Shown: piece by piece, positions 9,273 to 19,078 of the stretch
Numbering within the stretch: position 1 is the stretch's first letter
Layout: every line of letters starts with the position of its first letter
UHGV virus genome: UHGV-1451962
Strand: one strand, 5' to 3'
DNA length: 64,000 bases
Source: a virus
The notes under the pieces: model-generated
Databases searched by the model: none
The model's input: the letters and a program-made list of their open reading frames with translations, nothing else
What the model was told of the DNA's origin: nothing
Made by a program: the position numbers and the translations under genes

Positions 9273-11009
9273 TCAAAAGAAATAATCTTGATGAGATACA
9301 ATTTCATAATCTTGAATAATTAATTGCGGATTAATGTTCCCGCAATATTCATTTATCTCACACTTACAAAGAATATCTATAATTACACAACCTTGTTCAG
9401 TATATAAGTTATTATATTCTTCTTCTCCTGATTTAAACTTAATTGCTTTTATATTATCTTTTAAATCAATTTTTAATGTAGGATTTCTATCTTTTGCCAT
9501 AAGGTGAAGATTATTTGCAGTTACTCGAATTCCTTTTATAACTATCAAAGCTTCTTCTACGTCTTTTCCCCAAAGATGTTTTAAATTACCAATATCTAAA
9601 ATGTTTTTAGCCAAAATATCAGAATATTGCCATATAAAATCTACTCTATAATCAGGAGTAAATTCCACATTTTTTAATTCTTGATTGCAATAATCTATAA
9701 ATTTCGATAAATTTTCATCTGAAATAGATAAACCATGAGCATTAGCATGTCCTTGCGCCCAATTAATTAAATTAGATTTTTGTTCAAAGGTTTGTAAATC
9801 TTTTAATTGAGATTTTTCATACCCTCTTGCTGAACCTTCCCAAATTATTTTATTGTCTATATTATATTCATTTAAAATAATAACAGGACGCTGGTACTCT
9901 GAAACCAGTCGATTTGCAATTAATCCAGAAATAGATCTATTAATTGGCTCTTCTGGAGTTGATTGAATTATTAAAATTTTATTTTTTAATAAATCTTTTT
10001 CTTCAATTTGATTACTAATAATCTCAATGTTTTCATCTCTAATTTTATTTTGATGATTTTTAATATTATTACTCATTCTAACCGCTTGAGTAACAATTGC
10101 TTCCATTTGTCCTTTGCATCCTCGTTTAGTAGAAGGAATTTGATTTAAAGCTTTCCAATTAAGCATTGCTTCAAATAATATTTTCTTTTCTTCTTTTGTC
10201 CCCAATCTAGCAACTGCATTAATATAAGGTACAATATAAAAAGCAACTCCTATGGATGTAATATTGGTACCTAATTGATAACTATTTTTTTCTACCATTT
10301 CTCGCATAAAAGGATTTTGAATATTTTCTAATCCTTTTCTAGTTAAATAAGATGTTTCTAAATCTCTTAAACTCATAACGTCTCCTGTTAAACCAAGAGA
10401 CACTAAATCAAGAAAATTATCTGCGTAATCGAAGTTAAGTAAATTATCAATATACTTACAAAATTTATATACCATACCTGCACCGGATAATGATTTAGTT
10501 GGATAATCACAGAGTTGATTGTTTATCACACAGGCGAAAGGACTAACTTTATCTGCTTTATGATGGTCAATTACTAAAACATCAATTCCTTTATTGGATA
10601 ATTGTTCATGTATATCATACTCATTACTACTAGAGTCTAAAGCTATAACCAATTTAGTTTCTTGCGGAATTTGGTCTAACCAAATACCATGAGCTTTATG
10701 CGGGTGAAAATCATAAATAATATTTGCTTCTACTATTGATGGAACAATTTTATATAAATAATTTAAAAAAATAGCAGCAGAAGTAAATCCATCATCATCA
10801 TCATCTACAATTAAATAAATTAAATCTTTTCCTAAGTGACGAAAAAGCATTTCTACTCCTTGCTGCATATTATTTATTAAATTTGGATTATAAATAACAG
10901 AATCATTTGGATTCAAATAAGTTTGTATATCTTGAATCCCTCTGTTATTTAAAATTTGTTCCACTATTGATTTATTTGAATCAATAGGATTAATTAATTT
11001 ATAGTTCAT
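9273..11009 (-). CDS. RecJ-like DHH-family single-strand DNA exonuclease
   Basis: DHH phosphoesterase motifs IVDDDDDGFTSAAI and LVIDHHKA. Confidence 0.7.
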   Translation of the reverse strand: MNYKLINPIDSNKSIVEQILNNRGIQDIQTYLNPNDSVIYNPNLINNMQQGVEMLFRHLGKDLIYLIVDDDDDGFTSAAIFLNYLYKIVPSIVEANIIYDFHPHKAHGIWLDQIPQETKLVIALDSSSNEYDIHEQLSNKGIDVLVIDHHKADKVSPFACVINNQLCDYPTKSLSGAGMVYKFCKYIDNLLNFDYADNFLDLVSLGLTGDVMSLRDLETSYLTRKGLENIQNPFMREMVEKNSYQLGTNITSIGVAFYIVPYINAVARLGTKEEKKILFEAMLNWKALNQIPSTKRGCKGQMEAIVTQAVRMSNNIKNHQNKIRDENIEIISNQIEEKDLLKNKILIIQSTPEEPINRSISGLIANRLVSEYQRPVIILNEYNIDNKIIWEGSARGYEKSQLKDLQTFEQKSNLINWAQGHANAHGLSISDENLSKFIDYCNQELKNVEFTPDYRVDFIWQYSDILAKNILDIGNLKHLWGKDVEEALIVIKGIRVTANNLHLMAKDRNPTLKIDLKDNIKAIKFKSGEEEYNNLYTEQGCVIIDILCKCEINEYCGNINPQLIIQDYEIVSHQDYFF

Positions 11010-11046
11010 AGTGTTAATCTCCTTTCATGCGGAGATCACCACTACT

Positions 11047-12144
11047 TTATTTTGGAATAATTCTTTCAGATAATAATTTTTCAAATATGTCCCTCCCCAT
11101 ATCACTTGGACTAGATTTATAAGGAGTAATCATATTTTTATCAAAAATTGCTGTTATCTGAATTAAATTTCCATATTTTCTATTTAAATTAATTAATTTA
11201 TTCTTTAATCTTTGAAATTCATTATCACCTATTTCTTTAAACTGCCTATCAAAAGCAATGATAATTTCCTTTACCCCTAATTTTTCTAATAAATATATTT
11301 GGTAGCTTGAAATATTACTACCACAACACGCTACTGAAATATTATTTTCAAAGCCATAAAAAGTTTGTAATTGAAGAGTGCTTTTTTCAGATTCAAAAAT
11401 AATTGCGGTCTTACTAGCTTTAATATTTTCTTTACTATTGTTTAAATTATATAAATTCATACTTAAAGGATGACTATATATAATATTATTAATTTGCAGA
11501 GGTCTGTATTTGCCAAATCTCTCTGCATTTTCTTGAATTAAAGCTCTACCTCTAATTCCAATTAATCTATTGTTTATATCGAAATGCGGAATTGTTATTT
11601 GTTCTCCTGCTGGAAAATAACCAATTAAATTTTTTAAATTAATTTGATGTGAAATTCCTTCTTGCTCCCAATCAAAAATTCTTGGATAAGAAAAATTCTC
11701 TAAAATTTTTGGATTATATTCTTTTAAAATTGGATTTTGTTTTAAAGAAGGTAATGAAAAATCATGTCTCTTAAAAACTACCCATTGTTCAGAATTGTTA
11801 TTTTGGTTTGGGCGTTCCGCTTCTCCCAAACCAAAATAACTAGCAATATAAACCATTGCATCATATAATTCCCATTCATAACCTTTTTGAATTTTCATAG
11901 CTTTAATTACTAATTCAAAAACATCAAAAGTAGAATCACAATCTGTGAAACATTTAAACAAATGAGAATTTTGATAATAGTATAATTTTCTGGAACCTTC
12001 ACCTGGATAATTATGACAAATAGTCTGCGAAATAAGTCCAGTCTCTACATATTCTGGTTCTCCTCCTAGTTCTGCGACTAAATCATAAATATTTTCTAAA
12101 TCTAGCTGTTCTTTTAGAGAATCTTTATTGTAATAACCGGCCAT
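11047..12144 (-). CDS. DNA primase (DnaG-like zinc-binding plus TOPRIM)
   Basis: N-terminal CHN...HLFKCFTDC...FDVF zinc-finger pattern; acidic TOPRIM-like segments; sits beside DnaB-like helicase. Confidence 0.55.
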   Translation of the reverse strand: MAGYYNKDSLKEQLDLENIYDLVAELGGEPEYVETGLISQTICHNYPGEGSRKLYYYQNSHLFKCFTDCDSTFDVFELVIKAMKIQKGYEWELYDAMVYIASYFGLGEAERPNQNNNSEQWVVFKRHDFSLPSLKQNPILKEYNPKILENFSYPRIFDWEQEGISHQINLKNLIGYFPAGEQITIPHFDINNRLIGIRGRALIQENAERFGKYRPLQINNIIYSHPLSMNLYNLNNSKENIKASKTAIIFESEKSTLQLQTFYGFENNISVACCGSNISSYQIYLLEKLGVKEIIIAFDRQFKEIGDNEFQRLKNKLINLNRKYGNLIQITAIFDKNMITPYKSSPSDMGRDIFEKLLSERIIPK

Positions 12145-12146
12145 AA

Positions 12147-12353
12147 TTAATATGTAATTACATTAACAACTTTACCTCTCAGACCAAATTCATTATTAAC
12201 AATTTTAGTAACATATTCATAAGGATTCATTCGCTTCTCTTCCTTATTGCGAGTCTTCAATAAACCCTCAAACATAGAGATAGGCATCTTATAATCAATT
12301 TTCTTTTCATTCTTCACCGCGGGCATATGAGAGTTAGCATAATAAATAGTCAT
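12147..12353 (-). CDS. hypothetical protein
   Basis: 68-aa ORF abutting primase. Confidence 0.35.
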   Translation of the reverse strand: MTIYYANSHMPAVKNEKKIDYKMPISMFEGLLKTRNKEEKRMNPYEYVTKIVNNEFGLRGKVVNVITY

Positions 12354-12367
12354 TAATATTCTCCTTT

Positions 12368-13897
12368 TTAAAATGCGGAAGGTTCATCTTCCATAATAAT
12401 TTTTATATCTTCAATAGGAACTAAATCGTAGTTCCATTTTGTAACAAATTGTGGTTGAATTCTACAAATACCTAAATCAGAAGCACACCATAAATAAACC
12501 CCTTTATAAGAACCTCTTCTGTTTTTATAAACTGAAATCTTTTTATCAGGAATTTGAAAATTATTTGTAGACAAAATTGGCTTTAATGTTTCTAAATCCT
12601 CTTCTGTTACATCCAAAATAATTTCACCTATATCCACCTTATCTGCTAAGCTTTTTGCACCTCTTAGCAAACTTTGGTCAGGAGTATCAGTATTGCGGAA
12701 ATCACCTGAAAGCTGTGTTGCAGTAATAAGAAAAATGCCATACTCATTACAAATATCTTTAAGTCTAACGCTTAACATAAAAAGAATATTGTCTTCTCTT
12801 AATCTTACTCCACCACTTCGTCTTGTAACTTCCTCAAGAATCTTCATTGTACTTTGAATGTAGTCGAAACAAACATAAGCTATATCATGTTCTCTGATAT
12901 TTCTTTTAACAGTATTCTCTACATCCATTAAAGAATAATCAGGCAATAATTCTACCCAAATAGGTGATTCAGATAAAATCTTTCCTGCTTCAATAACTCG
13001 TTCTTCTTCTCCTGCTTTGTATTCACCTCTAAGAATATGGTCTTCATTTACCGCAGAAAGAAAAGCCAGCATCATAGTTTGAATTTCTTCTTTATCTTGT
13101 TCAGTACCAATAAATAAAGTTGGTAAAGAAGCTCCATTTTTAATCCACATACCAAAATTAGTATCATAAATTTTATTACAAGCAAAATTACAAGCATCTG
13201 CAATTAAAGCTCTAGTTTTACCTGCACCAGTAGCAGCGGATCTAAGATATAATTTTCTAAGTCTTGCACCTCTAGTAACGGTATTAACCAGTCTCCCATA
13301 AAGTGGAGCACCAACTTCAGGATTCTTTTTAAAATTTTCAATTAATTCTAAAATTCCTTCTCCTGCTTGATATCCTCCAATAACATTATTATCAATATAT
13401 TTGACTTTAATATCATCAATTCGTTTGTCAATAATATCAGCTATTTCAATAAGAGAAGTAGAATCCAGCCAGTCTTCTTGCTTTTGTTTCTTTTTTAAAT
13501 CTAAAATATTATTAGTATCATATAGAAAAGAAACATCTACTCCAAATTTATCATAAGCTCTTAATAAAGTAAATTTTTTTAATCGACTATAATAATATTT
13601 AAAAGTATCTCTAGTGGCTAATTCTGCGGCTTTAGTTACATACTCTAAACCACCATTTGCTTTAAACACAGCTTCATATTTGGGTCTAACTGCCAAATAA
13701 TCAACAATAGTATCTAAAGTAATTGCTGATTTTGCTTCATGTATATTGTACATAGACCCAAAAATAATTTTGTGAACTTCTTCTGTAAAATCTTCTTCAA
13801 AAATAGGAAATTCATCAGGTGCATCTAAAATTGAATTATCATTAAAAACACAACCAATAACTTGGGCTACTGCCGTTAAATCTATATATTTACTCAT
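12368..13897 (-). CDS. DnaB-like replicative DNA helicase
   Basis: N-terminal DnaB-like domain; Walker A SAATGAGKT; RecA-like C-terminal core. Confidence 0.8.
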   Translation of the reverse strand: MSKYIDLTAVAQVIGCVFNDNSILDAPDEFPIFEEDFTEEVHKIIFGSMYNIHEAKSAITLDTIVDYLAVRPKYEAVFKANGGLEYVTKAAELATRDTFKYYYSRLKKFTLLRAYDKFGVDVSFLYDTNNILDLKKKQKQEDWLDSTSLIEIADIIDKRIDDIKVKYIDNNVIGGYQAGEGILELIENFKKNPEVGAPLYGRLVNTVTRGARLRKLYLRSAATGAGKTRALIADACNFACNKIYDTNFGMWIKNGASLPTLFIGTEQDKEEIQTMMLAFLSAVNEDHILRGEYKAGEEERVIEAGKILSESPIWVELLPDYSLMDVENTVKRNIREHDIAYVCFDYIQSTMKILEEVTRRSGGVRLREDNILFMLSVRLKDICNEYGIFLITATQLSGDFRNTDTPDQSLLRGAKSLADKVDIGEIILDVTEEDLETLKPILSTNNFQIPDKKISVYKNRRGSYKGVYLWCASDLGICRIQPQFVTKWNYDLVPIEDIKIIMEDEPSAF

Positions 13898-14471
13898 TCA
13901 TATCTTCCTCCAAAAAAGTAAAAAATCTTTTCCTTTTTCTCATTGGCTCTCTTGTTTTAGGGGGAGTGATATGAATTTCTTCTGTAGGCAGAATAAAATT
14001 TTCTATTTCTTTATTTTCATTTCTTTGCTGATTTTCCCAAATTGTATAATAATAATTTCTAGCATTTTCATACTGATAAGGGACAATTCCAATTCTGCCT
14101 TGAGCCTTTCCTAAATCTCCACCTTTTACTTCAAAATGATATTTTAAAGTTTTTAAAATACCAGAATAAGTATAATGATTTTCATTTACATAGTCTTTAA
14201 TTTGTTTATAAACTACTTTAGGAATTATATCATAATTAAAAAGTTGTTTAATATATTCTTCTAAAGCAATCCGGTTTTTTTCTTCTTCTGCAATATTTTG
14301 ACTATATCTTTCATAACATAACTTATGTGCATATCTTCTTTTATTAGGAATTGGTATACATTCTTCTTTGTCTCGGTCAAATGTACTTCCGCACACAAAA
14401 CATTTTACTTTATGTGCAATTTTTATCACTTCCTTTTTTAATATTATAACATATATTTGAACAAAAGTCAA
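13890..14471 (-). CDS. hypothetical protein with CxxC...C/H zinc-finger-like motif
   Basis: KCFVCGS...HKLCYERY; annotated start overlaps terminator hairpin so true start may be downstream. Confidence 0.4.
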   Translation of the reverse strand: MTFVQIYVIILKKEVIKIAHKVKCFVCGSTFDRDKEECIPIPNKRRYAHKLCYERYSQNIAEEEKNRIALEEYIKQLFNYDIIPKVVYKQIKDYVNENHYTYSGILKTLKYHFEVKGGDLGKAQGRIGIVPYQYENARNYYYTIWENQQRNENKEIENFILPTEEIHITPPKTREPMRKRKRFFTFLEEDMNE

Positions 14472-14495
14472 GAGGATTATCCTCTTGACTTTTGT
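14464..14495 (-). terminator. Rho-independent terminator hairpin
   Basis: Perfect inverted repeat GTCAAGAGGAT/ATCCTCTTGAC flanked by A/T runs. Confidence 0.5.
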
Positions 14496-14509
14496 TATTA
14501 TTGCTATAA

Positions 14510-15481
14510 TTAATTCATTAAATCTTTCAAATCATGTACAATCAAATCCAACTGTTCAGACTGATCAGGAGTACATTCACCGACTTTCTTACCCTTACCC
14601 AAATACTTATCAGTAATTGCGGTAATCTTAACTGCATTTGTTTGATTGCTAGACATCAACTGTCCAACCAAATCCTGAAACTCATTCATCAAACCATCAA
14701 AATCATATTCAGTATCCTTAGAAACAACCTGTGTAGGTTTATCTGTAATATATTGACCATTTGTTTGCTGAGACTGCTTATCAATAGCTTCAGCAATAGC
14801 ATTTACTAGATTATCATAACTGAAATTAATATAATCAGGAATATAAGCAAATCGACTACCTGCAACAAATCTAGGAGTACCTCTCATATACAAACGAGTT
14901 TTAACTCCATCTTCTGTATTCACAGCAGTAGAATAACCAATAATATCACAAGTTCTTTCACAAATCAAGCGGCCTCTCTTATCAAGAGTAGGAACAATCT
15001 GATTAAATTCTGCTCCCGATTCATCCTTAAAGACTTTATCTGTGGCATGAGAAATAAGGACAAGACCATAATTTAGCTGTAAAATCTTTCTAATAGACTC
15101 ATCAAATTCATTGCCAACCATTGCATATCCCTTGCCGTATGCAAGATCAGCAATTGTATCTACACCTTCACGACTACAGATATAACGCTCACAATAACTA
15201 TAAGCAATATCCGCTGTATCAATTACAATAGTTGAAAACTTTTCCTGCACTTCAGAATTTTTTAATTCCTGCAAAGTTTTCTTAAACTCACCCCAAGAAT
15301 TAATGGGCTGGGCGTAAACACCAGGCAATGCATTATAACCTTTCTCGAAAGCTAACAAAAGTGAACCTGGGAATCTAGAAGCGACAGTCGTTTTACCACT
15401 CTTAGGTGCTCCGTAGAAAAGAACTGAATATCCCCGCAGATCTCTCGAAACTTCATGCGGCTTAATATCAAGCAAACCCAT
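14510..15481 (-). CDS. P-loop ATPase, RecA/Sak4-like
   Basis: Walker A GAPKSGKTT, Walker B-like IVIDTAD, VLISHA. Confidence 0.6.
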   Translation of the reverse strand: MGLLDIKPHEVSRDLRGYSVLFYGAPKSGKTTVASRFPGSLLLAFEKGYNALPGVYAQPINSWGEFKKTLQELKNSEVQEKFSTIVIDTADIAYSYCERYICSREGVDTIADLAYGKGYAMVGNEFDESIRKILQLNYGLVLISHATDKVFKDESGAEFNQIVPTLDKRGRLICERTCDIIGYSTAVNTEDGVKTRLYMRGTPRFVAGSRFAYIPDYINFSYDNLVNAIAEAIDKQSQQTNGQYITDKPTQVVSKDTEYDFDGLMNEFQDLVGQLMSSNQTNAVKITAITDKYLGKGKKVGECTPDQSEQLDLIVHDLKDLMN

Positions 15482-15563
15482 AAAACAATCTCCTTTTTAA
15501 ATAAAATAATTTTAAAGAAAAATATGAATGAGCTTTTTAAAGCTCATTCATATAAAATTTTAA

Positions 15564-16520
15564 TTAAAAATCATAATCATTCTTACTAGAATTAACTGTA
15601 ACTCCAGTTCCGCCACTAATAGCATTATTATTTGCTTTATTCTGATAATCAAGCTGATTCTTCTTAATAGTTGCAAGAGCAATCTCTCGTGCTGCAACAT
15701 AATCCTGAAGCTCAGAAGCAAGAATAGTATCTTCACTATCCCATTCATAAGGAGTTTGCTGCGCCCAATTAACTACATAATCCTTATAAGACTGAGGGGT
15801 TTCTCTTACAATTGCTTCGCCAAAAGCAGACTCTTCCTCAATCTTCTTTACCACAGTCTGAGAAATAATCTTACCCTGAATACGAGTAAAAACTGGATTC
15901 TTAGGACTTGCTTCCAGTCCCTCAAAATAATCCATCGCCGCAGGATTTACAGCAGTAAATTCAACAGGAAGCAATGCCTTACGGAAATCAAAAACTGCGC
16001 CCTTAATAACAACACGCTCAGGCTTACCTCTCTCATCATCTGCCTCATAATGCACACAATTATTAATCACAATATCTTCATTGAAGGTTGCACTCTTAGA
16101 TTCATCAATTCCCTCTTCGGGACAAACCTCAAGATGAATAAAACCACCTTCAAGACGTCGATTACTTACCAGCTTTTCCATATCATTCTTATCATAAAAT
16201 TCATTCAAAGCAATAGCAGTATCAATTCTTACATACGCTGCATTGTCCTTGCCATTATCCATGACATTACCCAGATCATTATTCAAAATTCGCTCAAGAA
16301 TATTATAAGTATCATTAGTACCACGAGCAGTAACCGCAGTCACATATCTAAAATGAACAGTAACAACATTCAAACACTTATTATCTGTTGCAATATTAAC
16401 GTCACCGCGAATATACTCAGTACCAGGATTCTTAGAAGCACTGCCAGAAACCTTCTTTTCAAGCTTGTGACTATGAACAAAACCATTCAAATGTACTGCA
16501 TTAATAAACTTCTTACTCAT
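15564..16520 (-). CDS. hypothetical protein (replication/recombination module)
   Basis: 318-aa protein-like ORF with AAAAGGAGAAAATAATG RBS; overlapping 261-aa plus-strand ORF is low-complexity. Confidence 0.5.
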   Translation of the reverse strand: MSKKFINAVHLNGFVHSHKLEKKVSGSASKNPGTEYIRGDVNIATDNKCLNVVTVHFRYVTAVTARGTNDTYNILERILNNDLGNVMDNGKDNAAYVRIDTAIALNEFYDKNDMEKLVSNRRLEGGFIHLEVCPEEGIDESKSATFNEDIVINNCVHYEADDERGKPERVVIKGAVFDFRKALLPVEFTAVNPAAMDYFEGLEASPKNPVFTRIQGKIISQTVVKKIEEESAFGEAIVRETPQSYKDYVVNWAQQTPYEWDSEDTILASELQDYVAAREIALATIKKNQLDYQNKANNNAISGGTGVTVNSSKNDYDF

Positions 16521-16595
16521 TATTTTCTCCTTTTGATTTAATTATTTTTTATTGCCACTTCTGAAAAGAGGCTTTTCTTTTTATTTTCTATAAAT

Positions 16596-16624
16596 ATTGT
16601 ATAATATTTTTTTTAATTTTTCAA
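16596..16624 (-). promoter_or_regulatory. Sigma-70-type promoter (TTGAAA-N17-TACAAT)
   Basis: Reverse complement TTGAAA, 17-nt spacer, TACAAT; upstream of ORF 15564..16520. Confidence 0.5.
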
Positions 16625-17272
16625 TTTACCGCAAGAATGCTTCTCGGTACATTTGCCGAAATATTGACATTTAGGAATAAATAAGTGATCTACCAAATAT
16701 TTCCATTCTTCTGAGTAAATAGCAAGTGCTTTTTTTATATCCTGCATAACATTTTGATATTCCCAATAAGCACGTTTACACATTCTTTGATGGGACATAT
16801 CAACTAAATTCCGCAAATTAGTTCTTACTACTACTTTTGTTTCCATACCAAGAGGAAGTAAAAGACTAGCATCTTCAATTGGCATCCCCATATCAACTAA
16901 TACTTTATAATTCTGAGCAATCGACTGCATACTTTCTTCATATTTTTGTTTCATTTCTTTAGAAGTAAAAGAAGGAGAAACAAAAGAAAAAGAATCATAG
17001 TTGATATAGCGAGTTGATGCCTGTAGTCGTGTGGGGCCACCTGAAATATGAGTATAAAATTCTCTTAAAGTTTTTGCGCTATATCCTTCAAGGATCATAT
17101 AAACTTGTGGAAATTCCATAACTCTTCCATGCCCAGATTCAATACATTCTTTAGCTCTTTTGATATTATTATATTTATTTGTGATTTTTGCGTTCCAACA
17201 TACTCCAGCTTCAACGCCGATAAGATGAAGAGGATTCTTAGTAGTTGCAGATTGGATAATAACTTTGCCCAA
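16613..17272 (-). CDS. thyX: Flavin-dependent thymidylate synthase ThyX-like
   Basis: 219 aa; ThyX-like segment LREFYTHISGGPTRLQASTRY resembling the RHR...S motif with Arg to Thr change. Confidence 0.5.
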   Translation of the reverse strand: MGKVIIQSATTKNPLHLIGVEAGVCWNAKITNKYNNIKRAKECIESGHGRVMEFPQVYMILEGYSAKTLREFYTHISGGPTRLQASTRYINYDSFSFVSPSFTSKEMKQKYEESMQSIAQNYKVLVDMGMPIEDASLLLPLGMETKVVVRTNLRNLVDMSHQRMCKRAYWEYQNVMQDIKKALAIYSEEWKYLVDHLFIPKCQYFGKCTEKHSCGKLKN

Positions 17273-17334
17273 TTTTATTACACCTCTTTAAGAGAAATAA
17301 AAGGAGGACAAAAGCCCTCCTTTTACATTAATTA

Positions 17335-17601
17335 TCAATCATCAATATCGTCAGGGGTAAAGTTCATACCTTCCTCGGTCAACTGAAGCAGTTTAATAGC
17401 CTTATGAGTACCATCAGGTAGCTCAACCTCAGCGGGAACACGAATGCCATAACCCTTACGCTGAATAGCGGAAGTAAAAATACCATCGACCTGACGCTTC
17501 TCCAAACCTAGTGCGCCAGCCACATCAGCACTTGTCATATCAGTACCAGCGTTATTCTTCAAATACTCAAAAACCTTCTTAGAATTGTCGGACATTGCCA
17601 T
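17335..17601 (-). CDS. hypothetical small protein
   Basis: 88-aa ORF with AAAAGGAGATAA RBS. Confidence 0.45.
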   Translation of the reverse strand: MAMSDNSKKVFEYLKNNAGTDMTSADVAGALGLEKRQVDGIFTSAIQRKGYGIRVPAEVELPDGTHKAIKLLQLTEEGMNFTPDDIDD

Positions 17602-17698
17602 AATTAATTATCTCCTTTTATTTAAATATTTTTTTTAATTTATATAATAATCTATGAGTATTATTTCTTTCATAGTTATTAACTTAATTTATGTATAT

Positions 17699-17727
17699 AT
17701 TATATCAAAAAAATTTTAATTTTTCAA
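17699..17727 (-). promoter_or_regulatory. Sigma-70-type promoter (TTGAAA-N17-TGnTATAAT)
   Basis: Reverse complement TTGAAA, 17 nt, TGATATAAT. Confidence 0.5.
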
Positions 17728-17925
17728 ATTCTTTTGAATAATTTCATCAATTTCTGCCATAACTTCAAAGCCTTGACCATGCGGCAACCGCATAATCATT
17801 TCTGTTAATTGCATAATACGCTTTTCAGCCTTAGCAATTTGATCTTGACTACTGTCTCCATCATTATGGATTTTTTCTAATGCAGTCATTTCAGATGCAA
17901 TTTTTTTAATTTGTTTTTTTGTCAT
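17716..17925 (-). CDS. hypothetical small protein
   Basis: 69-aa ORF, coiled-coil-like. Confidence 0.4.
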   Translation of the reverse strand: MTKKQIKKIASEMTALEKIHNDGDSSQDQIAKAEKRIMQLTEMIMRLPHGQGFEVMAEIDEIIQKNLKN

Positions 17926-17955
17926 TATTTTTTCCTTAACCTTTATTGTATTTAT

Positions 17956-17984
17956 ATTATATTATATTTTTTTAAAAAAATCAA
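17956..17984 (-). promoter_or_regulatory. Sigma-70-type promoter (TTGATT-N17-TATAAT)
   Basis: Reverse complement TTGATT, 17 nt, TATAAT. Confidence 0.45.
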
Positions 17985-19078
17985 GAAAAAATTTCTTCTA
18001 TTAAACAATCTTTTGCTGGTTTATCTTCTCTGATTTTAATAAAATGAGGATGCCGCAGAGTGTGTTCATTTTTATCAATTTGCATACAATCAATACTGAC
18101 AACATGATTTAAAAATTCTTCTGGATTTTTAAGAATTAGATTTTTATCTTCATCTGTTAAGCCAGAAGAAACTGTTCCAATTTTAACTAATTTTCCTGTA
18201 TTGTCATAGGCTCCTACCTCTAGTGCAGTTTTCCAACCAAAAAAATAAGGTTTAGTAATAGGAGTATAGTTGTCTTTATCTTTAATCCAGTTTATATAAT
18301 AACGTCCTTCTTGCAAACCATCAGGAGTTTCCCAATACTCCCATGTCTCTAAATCTTTTCCTGTATATTTTTTGGTAGCAGGACAAAAACCAATACAGAC
18401 TAAATCCACACTATCTGTACGTTTAATTTTAATAGTAGACCAAGCAGGACGTTTATCAGGATAATACGGCAAATTTTTCTTTTTTAAAACAAGTCCTTCT
18501 CCGCCCACTTTTAAAATAATATCAAGACGTTCTTGAATTTTTGTATCAAAAGCAAAAGCCAATTTAAGAAAATTAAACTGACCTAAATAATGTTTATCCC
18601 AAATTGCTTTTAAAATTTTATACCTATCCCAAGCAGGACAATTAACTAAATTACATCCATCATATTGAATAATATCATGGATATAATAATGAATAAGGTT
18701 ATTCTTTTGTCTTTTGATTGCGGTAGCTGGTAAACACCCCATAATAGTTGTTACTTCTTTTGAAGTTTTTCCTGGATAAAAAATTTCTCCAATTAAAGTA
18801 GTGTTAGGAGGAAGACAACTATCTAAAGCCTTCATAATATGAGGTACATTTTCACCCTTTTCAGAATAATATCCAGTTGTTTTAGAAATATTTCTACTAA
18901 AAAGATAGGAATAATGTTCTGTTTTTTCATACTGATACCAATAACCATCAATTTTTTCTTCAGCAAAATACTCTTTAGAATTTAAAATTTCTGGAAGTTT
19001 ATATGCTTCCATATCAGAAGGAATTTTCCAGATTTTCATTGGCGGAATCATTTTAGCTTCTGGATACAATAATATCAC
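17981..19078 (-). CDS. ATP-dependent DNA ligase
   Basis: Motif I AEEKIDGYW (KxDG), motif IV GGEGLVLKKK, motif V KIK; 365 aa, T7-ligase size. Confidence 0.7.
   Translation of the reverse strand: MILLYPEAKMIPPMKIWKIPSDMEAYKLPEILNSKEYFAEEKIDGYWYQYEKTEHYSYLFSRNISKTTGYYSEKGENVPHIMKALDSCLPPNTTLIGEIFYPGKTSKEVTTIMGCLPATAIKRQKNNLIHYYIHDIIQYDGCNLVNCPAWDRYKILKAIWDKHYLGQFNFLKLAFAFDTKIQERLDIILKVGGEGLVLKKKNLPYYPDKRPAWSTIKIKRTDSVDLVCIGFCPATKKYTGKDLETWEYWETPDGLQEGRYYINWIKDKDNYTPITKPYFFGWKTALEVGAYDNTGKLVKIGTVSSGLTDEDKNLILKNPEEFLNHVVSIDCMQIDKNEHTLRHPHFIKIREDKPAKDCLIEEIFS

Noticed and set aside
15756-16541. 261-aa plus-strand ORF from the track
   Set aside because: Low-complexity Leu/Ile/Asn/Ser-rich translation typical of an antisense shadow in AT-rich DNA. 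It fully overlaps a protein-like minus-strand ORF that has a proper RBS and sits in the co-directional array.
17981-19078. This ligase as the RNA ligase of the repair module (Rnl1-like)
   Set aside because: Motif I KIDG plus motif IV EGLVLK and its position between RNase H/topoisomerase and replication genes fit a T7-type ATP-dependent DNA ligase; the Rnl2-type KxHGT enzyme at 31778..33055 is the better RNA ligase candidate.
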